Counted from the stretch's first letter, positions 48,016-58,361 are shown. The stretch: 64,000 nt of DNA from a virus (IMGVR_UViG_3300043753_000023:1-64000); one strand, 5' to 3'. Made by a program: numbers and translations. Notes: generated by a model not told the origin, from the sequence alone.

Positions 48016-50286
48016 ATGGTCGACCCCCGCCGCATTGCCAAAACCTACGGGGAGCCCGCCCCCATGGCGGCCGGCGAAGCGGCCGCGCGGATGACGCCGA
48101 CGTCGCCCTTCTCGCCCGGCGCGCCGATCAACCCGTACGACGGCTACTCGCGGACCCCGCGAGTGCAGGAGTACGTGCCCGGTTACAACATCTCGGCGAG
48201 GCCCCGCTCCCATGAGCGGGTGTCGTTCGAGACGCTGCGTGGGCTGGTCAACTCCTACGACGTTGCGCAGATGTGCATCTGGCATCGGATCGACTCGATC
48301 CGGTCGTTGGACTGGTCGCTCGTCGCGGCCCCGCACTTCGACGGGGACGTCACCGATGCAGTCCGGGTCGGCATGGCGGTGCTGTCCAAGCCGGATGGTC
48401 GGACGCCATTCAGCACGTGGCTGTCGTCGTACCTGTACGACATCCTCGCCTATGATGCCGGCGCGCTCTACCGGCTGCGGAATCGTCGCGGAGATGCGAT
48501 CGGGCTGCTGAACGTGGACGGCACCACCATCGCGCCGCTCCTCGACTACTGGGGCCGTCCTCCCGCCGCGGCCGCACCCGGGGAACCCGAGCCGGAAGCC
48601 TTCGTCCAGTACATCAACGGCCTGAGCTGGAACTGGTTGACCCTCAGCGACCTGATCTACCAGCCGTTTCGGAAGAAGAATGACTCCCCGTACGGGCTGT
48701 CTCCGCTTGAGACCATCCTGCTCAATGCCAACACCGACATTCGGTTTCAGGTCTACTTCCTGCAGCGATTCACCGAGGGCAACATCCCGGAGGCCTTCGC
48801 GTCAGCCCCCGAGTCGTGGTCACCCGACCAGATCGAGCAGTGGCAAGGCCTCTGGGACTCGTTCATGTCCGGCGACCAGGCCCAGAAGCACACCATCAAG
48901 TGGCTTCCCAGCGGGTCGACGATCGCATGGTCGAACGAGAAGGACTTCACAGACGCGTTCTCGCTGTTCTTGATGCGCAAGACCGCCGCGGCCTATCACG
49001 TGGTACCGAGTGACTTGGGGTTCACCGAGACCGTCAACCTGTCCTCCTCCGAGAGCCAGGCCGACGTGCAGCACCGCGTCGGCGACCTGCCGCTGATCCG
49101 GCACGTCCAAGGGGTTCTGACCCGCTTTCTGCAGGACGATCTCGGGTTGCCGCTCGAGTTCCTCTGGGACCTGGGCGAAGAGCAGGCCGACCGCCTCCAG
49201 CAGGCTCAGGCTGACCTGATCTATATGAACTCGGGCGTGATCGGGGCCAGCGACATCCGCGAGATGCGCTACGGCCTGGCCGAGCCGGCAGGCGTGCCCG
49301 TGCCGCGGTTCATCTTCACCGAGCGATCCGGTCCGATCCCGCTCGCCAGCCTGTACGCGCTGGCCGGTCAAATCGACTCGGCCTCCGCGGCCCCGCTGCC
49401 GGGCGCCCAGTTGCCGCACGCCGCGTTCACCGCGGCCGAGGGTGTCGTCCCGAACCCGCCCGTCCTGACCGCACCCCTTGCCGAGCAGGAGTACGGGCCG
49501 TCCGCGATCCCGCCCACACCGCAACCCCCGGCCCCCGAGGCCCCGGTCGGCAAGGACGCCGGGGCGCTGACGGCCGGGATCACGACCGCGACTGGGATCA
49601 CCGGGTATGACCTCGTTGGCCGGCGCGAGGACGACGAGGGTGACGAGCCAGAGGCGGACCAGCAGCGGTTGGCCAAAACTGAGCTTGCGGCGTTCCGAAA
49701 GTTCGCCAAAGCCCGCCGCCGCGCCGGACGTTGGCGGGACTTCGAGTTCCGGCATGCCGACCCCGTTGACGCCCGACGGTTCAACCAGGGCGGCCAGCTC
49801 GCGGTCCGCAAGGACGCCGGACAGATTGCGGTTGCCGGGCTTGCCGTGATGGCAGCCGACACCGGCCGCGTCCTCATGCTGCAGCGATGCCTCGGCCCTG
49901 AGGATCCTGCTGGCGGAACCTTCGAATTCCCCGGCGGTCACCTCGAGGATGATGAGACACCGCTGATGGGCGCCTGGCGGGAGTGGGCAGAGGAGACCGG
50001 ATGCGTCCCGCCGCCTGGCGTGCAGACCGGCACGTGGACGAGTCCGGACGGCATCTATCAGGGCATCGTCTGGACTGTCGACTCCGAGGCCTTCGTGCCC
50101 GTACGCGGCGATCGGGAGATTTCCAACCCAGATGACCCGGACGGCGACCAGGTCGAAGCGATCGCCTGGTGGGACCCGGCGCAGCTCGACGACAACCCGG
50201 CAGTACGTCCCGAACTGCTCGCGTCGCTACCCAACGTCCTTGTCGCTCTCGGCCGTGCGCCCGACGACGAGACCCCCAACGCATAG
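48016..50286 (+). CDS. Portal protein with a C-terminal Nudix hydrolase domain
   Basis: Portal-like YGLSPLE, TAAAYHVVPSDLGF, PLIRHVQGVLT; Nudix box G-x5-E-x7-REWAEETG at 49936-50001. Confidence 0.85.
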   Translation: MVDPRRIAKTYGEPAPMAAGEAAARMTPTSPFSPGAPINPYDGYSRTPRVQEYVPGYNISARPRSHERVSFETLRGLVNSYDVAQMCIWHRIDSIRSLDWSLVAAPHFDGDVTDAVRVGMAVLSKPDGRTPFSTWLSSYLYDILAYDAGALYRLRNRRGDAIGLLNVDGTTIAPLLDYWGRPPAAAAPGEPEPEAFVQYINGLSWNWLTLSDLIYQPFRKKNDSPYGLSPLETILLNANTDIRFQVYFLQRFTEGNIPEAFASAPESWSPDQIEQWQGLWDSFMSGDQAQKHTIKWLPSGSTIAWSNEKDFTDAFSLFLMRKTAAAYHVVPSDLGFTETVNLSSSESQADVQHRVGDLPLIRHVQGVLTRFLQDDLGLPLEFLWDLGEEQADRLQQAQADLIYMNSGVIGASDIREMRYGLAEPAGVPVPRFIFTERSGPIPLASLYALAGQIDSASAAPLPGAQLPHAAFTAAEGVVPNPPVLTAPLAEQEYGPSAIPPTPQPPAPEAPVGKDAGALTAGITTATGITGYDLVGRREDDEGDEPEADQQRLAKTELAAFRKFAKARRRAGRWRDFEFRHADPVDARRFNQGGQLAVRKDAGQIAVAGLAVMAADTGRVLMLQRCLGPEDPAGGTFEFPGGHLEDDETPLMGAWREWAEETGCVPPPGVQTGTWTSPDGIYQGIVWTVDSEAFVPVRGDREISNPDDPDGDQVEAIAWWDPAQLDDNPAVRPELLASLPNVLVALGRAPDDETPNA

Positions 50287-50296
50287 GCGGTGTGGC

Positions 50297-50692
50297 ATGC
50301 CTGGGCCAGAGGCCCGCTTCATTCTCGGCTTGGCCTACCAGGCTGGCCGGGACCCACGCATCGCAAAGGGCGCCGACGGGGGGCGCGACTTCTTCACCGC
50401 GGAAGAGCTGGAGAAGGCGTGTTGGTCCTTCCTGCCGGGCGGCGCGGACGTTGGGCTCTTCCACGGCCCTGACGACACGATCGGACACTTCACGGTGACC
50501 GAGTCGTACATCTACCGCGGCCCTGACTGGGGACAGCCCGACGGCACAGTCATCAAGGTCGGCGACTGGCTCATCGGCGGCATCTGCGACGCAGCCTCAT
50601 GGCAGCTCGTCAAGTCCGGGAAAGTCAACGGCTTCAGCCCCCAGGGATTCGCCCGGCGCATCACACCACGAGACGTCAGGAGCGACCCGTGA
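50297..50692 (+). CDS. XkdF-like prohead serine protease domain
   Basis: DFFTAEELEKACWSF...FH...ESY...GDWLIG...WQLVKSGKVNGFSPQG. Confidence 0.8.
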   Translation: MPGPEARFILGLAYQAGRDPRIAKGADGGRDFFTAEELEKACWSFLPGGADVGLFHGPDDTIGHFTVTESYIYRGPDWGQPDGTVIKVGDWLIGGICDAASWQLVKSGKVNGFSPQGFARRITPRDVRSDP

Positions 50693-52335
50693 CCGACCTC
50701 ATCCCCGACGACGACGGCTTCACCGAACTGGTGGACCCCCACGTGCCACGTGTTGACCTCGTCGGCGCCCCCGCGAACGGCGCGCCCGGCTGGCTGCTGA
50801 TGAAACAGGACGCAGGCGCCGGGCTCCTCGATCCCGACTACATCCGCGGCCTGATCGGCAAGTCCGAACCCACCGACAACAGTAGGGAGACGGTGACCAT
50901 GTCCGGCAGCCCCGGCGCAATCGCCCGACTTATTCACGAGGCGAGTCTGCGCCACGAGGCCACCGGGGACGTGACCAAGATGCTCGTCGACGCCGACCCG
51001 GACGACGGAATGGACGCCCTCGACCCGACCGTGCCGCTCGCCGAGCCGGACAGCAATGCACCCGGGTCGCCGACCGAGCCCGGCTCGCCGGCCTGGGAGA
51101 CGGTTGACGCCGCCACCGCTTGCAAGTGGACGGCGATCCTCGCCCGCGCCCGCGCAGCCGTCGAACTCCTCGCGGACCGGGAGATGCTCGAGGCCGCGTC
51201 TGCCGACCCGGACGATGCCGACAACGCCATGGACCTGCAGGACGCGGCCTGCGCCATCGACTACGCCATCAGCATCCTGGCGCCATTCGCCGTCGCCGAG
51301 GAGACCGAAGCAGCCGTCGGCGCCATGGACGTCATGGCCGCGGTCGGCAAGGCGCTCGCCGCCTACGACTCTGCCGGCCTCGACACGATCGAGGCCGCCA
51401 CCGCGATCCGCAAGGCGGGCCGCTCCCTGTCCGCCGCCAACGAGCAGGCCATCCGGGATGCCGTCAGCAGCCTGCAGACGGTCCTGGCATCGCTCCCCGC
51501 CGCGCCGGTGGAGAAGACCGCGAACGAGGAGCAGGACATGCCGAGCCCGACCACCTCCGATGAGGCGACGAGCGATTCCGGGCAGCAGCCCGCGATGGGC
51601 AGCCGGGAGGCGGATCCCAAGCCCGAGGCCGGCGCCCCCGTCGCCGAGGTCGGCAAGGCCGACGGCGAGAAGACCCCGATGGTCGTCGTCTACGACCAGA
51701 AGGGGCGCCTGATCGGCATCGTCGACCCGGCCGACGTCATCCCAGTGGCGAACGCTGAGGCTGACGCCGACGACATGGATTCCGTCGATGGCGACGCCTC
51801 GGACGACGACACCGACGAAGCGTCCGACGACAACCAGACCGCCGACCTGGCGCCGCAGCCCGCGGATCAGGCCGGCACCCCCGCCGACGCCGTCCAGGAC
51901 GACGACACGGTCACCAAGAGCACCACCACCAACGACAGCACCGATCTCTCGGAGATGTTCAAGAGCAGCCTCCTGGCTGCGGTCGAAGACGTCGTGACGA
52001 AGCAGAGCGCCGCCCAGGCAGAGCGCCTCGCCACCATCGGCGATGCGGTCCTGGAAGTTGCGGGCCTCGTCGAGACCCTGAAGGGCCGCATCGGAGTACT
52101 GGAAGAGCAGCCCGCCGAGCCCAAGGTGTTCACCCAGGGAGCCGGGCCCCGCCCGCTGCCTCAGCACCTGCGCGGCCACGACCAGGGCACCACGCCCACA
52201 AACGTCGACCTCACCAAGGCCGCCGAGTTCAAGAAGCAGCTCTACACCGGCGGTGACGCCGGCGCACAGCAGCAGGCCTTCCTCGGCCTGCAGGAGATGG
52301 CCATCGCCCAACTCGCTGCCATGCGCCGCCAGTAG
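50689..52335 (+). CDS. Scaffold / protease C-terminal partner
   Basis: Begins with VDLVGAPANG; acidic low-complexity region; lies between the protease and the capsid gene. Confidence 0.65.
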   Translation: MTDLIPDDDGFTELVDPHVPRVDLVGAPANGAPGWLLMKQDAGAGLLDPDYIRGLIGKSEPTDNSRETVTMSGSPGAIARLIHEASLRHEATGDVTKMLVDADPDDGMDALDPTVPLAEPDSNAPGSPTEPGSPAWETVDAATACKWTAILARARAAVELLADREMLEAASADPDDADNAMDLQDAACAIDYAISILAPFAVAEETEAAVGAMDVMAAVGKALAAYDSAGLDTIEAATAIRKAGRSLSAANEQAIRDAVSSLQTVLASLPAAPVEKTANEEQDMPSPTTSDEATSDSGQQPAMGSREADPKPEAGAPVAEVGKADGEKTPMVVVYDQKGRLIGIVDPADVIPVANAEADADDMDSVDGDASDDDTDEASDDNQTADLAPQPADQAGTPADAVQDDDTVTKSTTTNDSTDLSEMFKSSLLAAVEDVVTKQSAAQAERLATIGDAVLEVAGLVETLKGRIGVLEEQPAEPKVFTQGAGPRPLPQHLRGHDQGTTPTNVDLTKAAEFKKQLYTGGDAGAQQQAFLGLQEMAIAQLAAMRRQ

Positions 52336-52421
52336 ACGGCCCCCAAAGCTCGCACACTCTTCCAACAGCCCCCGAGAGCGCTAAAGCGCCCGGGGGCTTT
52401 CGCATGCCCAGGAGGCACCCC

Positions 52422-53918
52422 GTGAGCAACGCGCTCGACGAAACCACCCAGGAGACGCTCGCCGCCATCGAGAAGGCGCAGACGACGGGCATCACCACCC
52501 AGACCGGCATCACCAACTACGACCTGTCCCCGCTGGTCCAGCTCATCCCCGTAGTGACGCCGTTCCGGGACAAGGTCTCCCGGGAGAAGTCCCCGGCCGG
52601 CGCGAAGTACGCCGTGTGGCGTGCACTGATGAACGCCACCGGCTCCCAGCCGTCCCCGGCGATCCCGCTCGACTACGCGGCGAACGCCGTCGTCTTCCAG
52701 GAGCAGGACTTCCAGGCGACGTACAAGAAGACCGGCTACTTCGGGACCGTCACCCAGGACGCCTACGACCTGGCGGAAGGCTACGCCGACCCCTACGCGG
52801 TCGCGACCTTCCAGACGCTGAACCAGGCCCTCATCGGTGACGACCGCCAGCTCCTCTGCGCGCAGTCGTTCCCGCTCGCCCGGCCCGGGGCACCGACCCT
52901 GACTCAGGTGGCCACCGGCGGCACCATCGGCGCGGCAACCGTGTACGTCGGCGTGGCCGCCCGCACCGGCACCGGCTGGTACTACGGCAACGGCAACTCC
53001 CAGGGCAACTCGGGGAGCACCACGTTCGCCGCCGGGTCGACGAACAGCATCACGGCCACGGTCAGTGCCGTGCGAGGCGCAGTCGCCTACGACTGGTTCC
53101 AGAGCTCGAACGGCACGACCTGGTACTACTACACGACCACCACCACCAACACCGCGTCGATGACCAAGGTCATCTCCGCGAACCAGGCACTCCCCAGCGG
53201 CCCCGGCTACCCCGACCTGGCCAGCTCCTGGCAGGGCACCGCGAACAGCGTGCCGACCTTCAACGCAGCCGCCGACAACAACTCCGGCGTCGCCGCCGAG
53301 TACGACGGCTTCATGGCCTCCCTGTCCGGCGACTACAGCCCGACCGGCCAGTGGGTCCAGGCCGGCACCGGCAATCCCAACCCGTCAGTGTGGCACAGCC
53401 TCGACGGCGCGGGCCTCACCCTGACCGGCGGCAGCATCGCCGAGATCGAGAACTACCTGTTCCTCGCCCTGTGGCAGCAGGTCAAGTGCAGCCCGACCGC
53501 GTTGATGATGAACGCGACCACCGCGCAGGAGATCGCCAACCTCATCCTCGGGTCCTCCTCGGCGACCACGTTCCTCAACACCGACTCCAGCGGCCGTATC
53601 AGCGTCACCGCCGGCGGCCGGGTCGGCGAGCTGATCAACGCCCCCGCCGGCGGCGTGACCGTGCCCATCGAGGTCCACGTCTCCCTGCCGCCCGGCAGCA
53701 TCATCGCCCGCACCGACCGAGTGCCGTTCCCGCAGGCCAACATCTCCAGCGTGCTGGCCTACCGCAACCTGCGCGACATGAGCCAATTCGACTACGGGAT
53801 CTCCCGCGTGGCCAACACTGCAGGTGGGGGCCCTCGCCGCGACTTCGAAATCGACAGCCTCGGCGCGTTCTGTAACCGGGCGCCTGTCGCGATGGGCGTC
53901 CTTTCCAACGTCGCCTGA
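52422..53918 (+). CDS. Major capsid protein with internal beta-rich insertion
   Basis: Follows the scaffold; GGAGG RBS; NYDL...VTPFR capsid-like N-terminus; FN3-like APTLTQVATGGT...YVGVAA insert. Confidence 0.8.
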   Translation: MSNALDETTQETLAAIEKAQTTGITTQTGITNYDLSPLVQLIPVVTPFRDKVSREKSPAGAKYAVWRALMNATGSQPSPAIPLDYAANAVVFQEQDFQATYKKTGYFGTVTQDAYDLAEGYADPYAVATFQTLNQALIGDDRQLLCAQSFPLARPGAPTLTQVATGGTIGAATVYVGVAARTGTGWYYGNGNSQGNSGSTTFAAGSTNSITATVSAVRGAVAYDWFQSSNGTTWYYYTTTTTNTASMTKVISANQALPSGPGYPDLASSWQGTANSVPTFNAAADNNSGVAAEYDGFMASLSGDYSPTGQWVQAGTGNPNPSVWHSLDGAGLTLTGGSIAEIENYLFLALWQQVKCSPTALMMNATTAQEIANLILGSSSATTFLNTDSSGRISVTAGGRVGELINAPAGGVTVPIEVHVSLPPGSIIARTDRVPFPQANISSVLAYRNLRDMSQFDYGISRVANTAGGGPRRDFEIDSLGAFCNRAPVAMGVLSNVA

Positions 53919-54037
53919 GCTGCAGTTTTCGCACCACGCGGCTCGTCAACTGCGCCTTTCGAGGCGGCCCCTGGCAGGAGTCGACGCACTCGGAGCCAAG
54001 GGCCGCCGCCCACCCTTATAACCGAAGGAGAGCACGG

Positions 54038-54388
54038 ATGCTCCTCTACTCCCGTACGGGCGCAACCGCGCTCGATGACCCCGAGTACGGCCGCTTCAAC
54101 CGGCAGGACGACGGCAGTTTCGACCTGCCCGACGACCTCGCCGATCGGCTGTTGCGCTTCCACCACCGCGGACGCCCACTGTGGGAGACCGAGATCGACC
54201 GCGGTCACCGCATCGCATCGGAGGACTTGGAGAAGCGCCGCGATCCGGCGAACCTCCTCGATGCGGTGCAGCAGATCCTCGCCGCTGCGCAGCTCGCCCG
54301 GCAGGCCACCGATCAGGCCGCATCTGACGTGAAGGCGGTCAAGCGCGGACCGCGGCGTTCCGCGCCTTCCGAGGGCGATTCCGAGTAG
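54038..54388 (+). CDS. Virion-associated hypothetical protein
   Basis: Directly follows the capsid gene; AAGGAG RBS. Confidence 0.6.
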   Translation: MLLYSRTGATALDDPEYGRFNRQDDGSFDLPDDLADRLLRFHHRGRPLWETEIDRGHRIASEDLEKRRDPANLLDAVQQILAAAQLARQATDQAASDVKAVKRGPRRSAPSEGDSE

Positions 54389-54412
54389 CACGCCGGCAGC
54401 AGGGGGTACACC

Positions 54413-55336
54413 GTGGCGACTCCCTACATCACTCCGGCCATGCTGGCCTCGCATCCCGCTGGCCTGGCATGGAACACGGTGCCGACACTGACGGCCAACT
54501 CGGCTGAGCAGACGGCGCAGCTTGAGCAGGTGTGCTGGCAGGTCACCAGTGAGGTGGATCGCTACTGTCGGCAGCCGCTGCGAGCCACAGTGAACACCGA
54601 TCAGCTCCAGGGCCCGGGGCTGCCGCGGGTGGCGTCCGATCGGCAGACTCGGATCGGCACGCTGATCACGAAGCGGTGGCCGGTCACCAGCGTGGTGGCG
54701 ATCCAGACGTCGCCGGCGCGGTCGTTTCCGTCCTCTTGGTCAGCGGTTCCTTCGGGCTTGTGGAAGGTCCGCAATCCGGTGATCCTGTCGGCCGCGCCAA
54801 CGCCGTCGACGGGCCCGCAGGGTGGAAATCGCATCGACGTCGCCCCGGGCTACGTAACGTGGGATCACGGCAAAGGCGGCTTGGATGTCATGCTGTCCTA
54901 TATCCACGCGTGGCCGCATGCCGGGCTCACCGCGGTGGCAGCCGCCGGGGCGCAAACCCTGCTGGTGGACGACGTCACGGCGTGGGCTGGTGCGGTGGGG
55001 TTCGTCTATGACGGTGTCTCAACCGAGCTGGTGGAGGTCACTGCCGTGGCCGCCACAACCCCGATCCAGCTACCGGGGGTTGGCGGCCCGGTGCAGGCCG
55101 GCCCGGGAACGCTGACGCTTGCTGGGCCTCTCGGTTTCCAGCATGGCGCCGGCACCGTGGTCTCAGCTCTGCCGCCGGATGCGATCCGCGCCACCGCGCT
55201 GCACGCGGCAGTGATCGCGCTGGAGACGATCGACGCGATCGCCACCCAGTCCATGTCGGGCCAGTTCGCCGGCGGGACCGGCGTGCTGGCGGAGGAGGCC
55301 GAGTTGATCCTCGACGACTACCGCCGGATCGCCTGA
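54413..55336 (+). CDS. Head-to-tail adaptor
   Basis: YIT...SEVDRYCRQPL N-terminus and position. Confidence 0.7.
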   Translation: MATPYITPAMLASHPAGLAWNTVPTLTANSAEQTAQLEQVCWQVTSEVDRYCRQPLRATVNTDQLQGPGLPRVASDRQTRIGTLITKRWPVTSVVAIQTSPARSFPSSWSAVPSGLWKVRNPVILSAAPTPSTGPQGGNRIDVAPGYVTWDHGKGGLDVMLSYIHAWPHAGLTAVAAAGAQTLLVDDVTAWAGAVGFVYDGVSTELVEVTAVAATTPIQLPGVGGPVQAGPGTLTLAGPLGFQHGAGTVVSALPPDAIRATALHAAVIALETIDAIATQSMSGQFAGGTGVLAEEAELILDDYRRIA

Positions 55337-55746
55337 TGGCCCGCAAGCGTGTGGCGCGCGGTGGAAATGGTGGCGCGACTGGCAGTGCCGGCACTCTGAA
55401 GTTCATGAACCGCACGATCACGATCATGCGGGGCCTGCAGGTCAACCTGTACGGGGACCTGTCCGACGTCGGCATCCCACGCTACGTGGGTGTGCAGGCG
55501 GCACTTGCCGAGACCGAGCAGACCTACTTCGATGCGGCATCCCAGCGGAACCAGATCATCAGGTCGATCGAGTGCCACGTGCCGGCCTGGGTCGACATCC
55601 AGACCACCGACACGATCATGGATGAGGCCACCGGCCGCTACTACATGATCGAGGGGGTCCGCGAGCAGCCCGGGATCGGCTACTACCCGGCGCCGAAGAT
55701 TCTCAGCCTGCGGATGCGCTCCGGCGTCAACGTCGACTCCGATTGA
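55336..55746 (+). CDS. Head closure / stopper protein
   Basis: TITIMRG...DIQTTDTI...YYMIEGV and position. Confidence 0.65.
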   Translation: MARKRVARGGNGGATGSAGTLKFMNRTITIMRGLQVNLYGDLSDVGIPRYVGVQAALAETEQTYFDAASQRNQIIRSIECHVPAWVDIQTTDTIMDEATGRYYMIEGVREQPGIGYYPAPKILSLRMRSGVNVDSD

Positions 55747-55756
55747 GGGGGTCCGC

Positions 55757-56137
55757 GTGGCTGATCACGTTGAGGTTGATGACTCCTGGGAGTCTCAAGT
55801 CGCGGCGGCCGTCCAGGTGTTCTTCGAGGACCGCCTCGGCCCTGACATTGCGCGGGACGCGAAGCGCTACTGCCCAGAGAAGACCGGCGCGTTGCAGGAG
55901 AGCATCGAGCACCACCTCGAAGACGGCGACCTGATCGTCTCTGCCACGGGTGGCGCCGATGGCCGTACCTACGCCGCGTACGTGGAACTCGGCACCAGGC
56001 CGCACGAAATCAGGCCGAGCAGCAAGCGGGCCTTGCACTGGCCTGGCGCCGCACACCCGGTCGCTGTAGTCCATCACCCGGGCACTCGGCCCCAAGCTTT
56101 CCTTCGGCCAGCACTGTTCACTGAGCGTAGCGAGTAG
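55757..56137 (+). CDS. HK97 gp10-like neck protein
   Basis: IARDAKRYCPEKTGALQESI...YAAYVELGT...HPGTRPQAFLRPA. Confidence 0.85.
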   Translation: MADHVEVDDSWESQVAAAVQVFFEDRLGPDIARDAKRYCPEKTGALQESIEHHLEDGDLIVSATGGADGRTYAAYVELGTRPHEIRPSSKRALHWPGAAHPVAVVHHPGTRPQAFLRPALFTERSE

Positions 56138-56152
56138 TTGAGGGGGTGACCA

Positions 56153-56650
56153 ATGTCCGCTCCCTTGCCGCTGCTGCCAAACGACGAACTCGTGGCCACG
56201 GCATGGATCGCGTCGATCCCGAGCTTGAGCACGGCTATGGTCGGCACCCAGCTGCCACCCGACGTCGACCCGGACGGCTCAGCCGCCCCGTGGATCGCCA
56301 CCGGCTACATCACCGTCGCGGTGGTCGGCGGCAGCCCGGATCCGCTGCTTCCCATCAACAGGCCGGTGCTGCAGGTGGATTGCTGGGCCACCGTGCCCGG
56401 CTCCAACAAGCCGCCCTGGCAGAAGGCGGCGGCCCTTGCCTCCACGATCCGCTACGCGACGTGGGACCGGATCCGCATCGCGCGTCCGCTCGTCGCTGCG
56501 GTCAACGGTGTCGAGTACCCACTCGCAGTCGTCCAATCCGCTTACCTTGCAACCGCGTTCAGGCGGCTGTACGACGACGAAGGCGACTATGCCCACTACC
56601 AGGCAGACCTGGCCCTGTCCTGGATCGCCCCGAACGACCGTCTCGACTGA
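56153..56650 (+). CDS. Tail terminator
   Basis: LQVDCWA...A..LA pattern and position. Confidence 0.75.
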   Translation: MSAPLPLLPNDELVATAWIASIPSLSTAMVGTQLPPDVDPDGSAAPWIATGYITVAVVGGSPDPLLPINRPVLQVDCWATVPGSNKPPWQKAAALASTIRYATWDRIRIARPLVAAVNGVEYPLAVVQSAYLATAFRRLYDDEGDYAHYQADLALSWIAPNDRLD

Positions 56651-56661
56651 GCGAGGAAACG

Positions 56662-57203
56662 ATGCCCACCGTCCACGTGACCCTCTTCGAGGATCCGATC
56701 GACGTCCCCGAGGACGAGGTCCCGGTGCTGCGCTCCCAGGGGATCCTCGTCGAGGATGCCCCGCCCGCGCCGCCGGCTGCCGAGCCTGAGGCGCCCACCG
56801 AACCCGCCGCCCCCGCGGCCACCCGGAAGGCATCTTCATGAGTCTGCTCACGCTCACCCCGACCCAGCTGCCGCGCACTGGCGCGACCGCCCCGCTCAAC
56901 CTCACCAGCCTGATGGCGGCCGGCGTGATCGGCGCCAACACGGGCGTCACCTGGGCCAACACCGGCCGCGAGTTCCTGGTCGTCAACGTCGCGACGGGCG
57001 GCACCACCGCGGTCGTGCAGATCGGCACCACCATCGAGGGTCAGGCCGTTACCCCGATCACGCTGACGCTCACCGCGTCCGCGATCAACATGATCGGGCC
57101 GTTTCCGATGGACGAGACGCTCGCCGGCCAGATGACCGTGACCTTCGGAACCCCCGCGAACGTCTCCGGCATCGCCATGCCGCAGTACGTCGGCGTCATC
57201 TGA
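56662..57203 (+). other. Two small virion-region CDSs
   Basis: 56662-56841 and 56838-57203 (beta-rich: NTGREFLVV...IGPFP). Confidence 0.6.
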
Positions 57204-57224
57204 CGCACCACGCAACCGACTTGC

Positions 57225-57251
57225 AGGGCCCGCCACCAGCGGGCCCTTTTT
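57225..57251 (+). terminator. Intrinsic terminator-like hairpin
   Basis: AGGGCCCGC-CACCA-GCGGGCCCT followed by a T tract. Confidence 0.7.
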
Positions 57252-57288
57252 CATGCCCGCGCCCGGCCACGGCGCCTGAATCAAGGGG

Positions 57289-57888
57289 ATGATTCCCATC
57301 GCCGTCACTCCCGCAAATCTCATACTCGGGCCGGCGCGTCTCTACGTGGCGCCGTTCGGCAGCACCGAACCCGCCGACTCGGCTGTCACCCCGAACGGGC
57401 CGACGAACCCGCCGTCCGCTCCGTGGACTGACGTCGGCGGCACTGACGGCGGCGTGACGCTGGAGATCGACAACACGTACCAAGATCTTCAGGTCGACCA
57501 GTTGACCATGATGGTGGGCTCGCGATTGACCGAGATGAAGATGACGGTCACTGCGAAGCTCTCCGAGATGACGTTGAGCAACCTCAACGCGGCGCTCAAC
57601 AACATCGCGACGGTGTCCGCCCAGGCCGGCTACACCACGATGGACATCCCAGTCGGTTCAACGTCGACGCAGCCCAGCTACGCGGCGCTGATCATTGACG
57701 GGTGGGCGCCGACTCTGCCGACGGGCGCCCCAGCTCTGCGGCGAGTGATCGTTCGCAAGGTGCTGTCCCAGGTCAAGGCCTCGTTGACCTACGACAAGAA
57801 GACGCAGCAGGGCTTGGCCTGCACCTTCACCGCGTACTACGTCAGCGGCAGCGTCAACCCCATCCACATCGTCGACCAGACGGCCTAA
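57289..57888 (+). CDS. Major tail (tube) protein
   Basis: NLILGPARLYVAP...WTDVGGTDGGVTL...EMTLSNL. Confidence 0.88.
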   Translation: MIPIAVTPANLILGPARLYVAPFGSTEPADSAVTPNGPTNPPSAPWTDVGGTDGGVTLEIDNTYQDLQVDQLTMMVGSRLTEMKMTVTAKLSEMTLSNLNAALNNIATVSAQAGYTTMDIPVGSTSTQPSYAALIIDGWAPTLPTGAPALRRVIVRKVLSQVKASLTYDKKTQQGLACTFTAYYVSGSVNPIHIVDQTA

Positions 57889-57959
57889 CCAACTGCCAGC
57901 GCCCCCGCTCGGCGTCAGCAGCAGCCGCTCTTCAACTACCAGCCCTCAGGTGGGAAATC

Positions 57960-58361
57960 ATGGCAGCAACCATCAAGGCGTCGTCGAAGGCGACCTCCAA
58001 GCGTCCAATCAAGCCGCCGGCGCCTGTGGTCGTCGAGGAGTCGTCGACCGGCGCCGGCTTCGAGCCGCTCCGCCTGACCAGCAGCAACGAGCCCGCGCAG
58101 CGCGTCCCGCTGTTCTACATCAATGACGTCGAGTACTCGGTCAGCGCACGGCCCGGCGTCAACGTCGCCCTCAAGTACATCCACCTGTTTCGCACCGAGG
58201 GGGACACCGTGGCCACCGCCTACCTCCTCGACCGGCTACTCGGCAGCGAGGGCTACCAGGCGCTGATGAACTACGACGACCTGACCGTGGAGCAGTTCGC
58301 TCGGATCTGCGAGATCGCCACGCAGCTGACCCTAGGGGCACTCGAGGCCCCAAAAGCGTAG
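57960..58361 (+). CDS. Tail assembly chaperone (G)
   Basis: Between the tail tube and tape measure genes; ends with slippery C CCA AAA at 58349-58355. Confidence 0.75.
   Translation: MAATIKASSKATSKRPIKPPAPVVVEESSTGAGFEPLRLTSSNEPAQRVPLFYINDVEYSVSARPGVNVALKYIHLFRTEGDTVATAYLLDRLLGSEGYQALMNYDDLTVEQFARICEIATQLTLGALEAPKA

Noticed and set aside
50512-52365. Long antisense and alternative-frame ORFs (also 7081-8289, 45182-46477, 33463-34683, 28907-29980)
   Set aside because: Shadows of real genes in stop-poor high-GC DNA; no RBS, wrong GC3 pattern, no motifs
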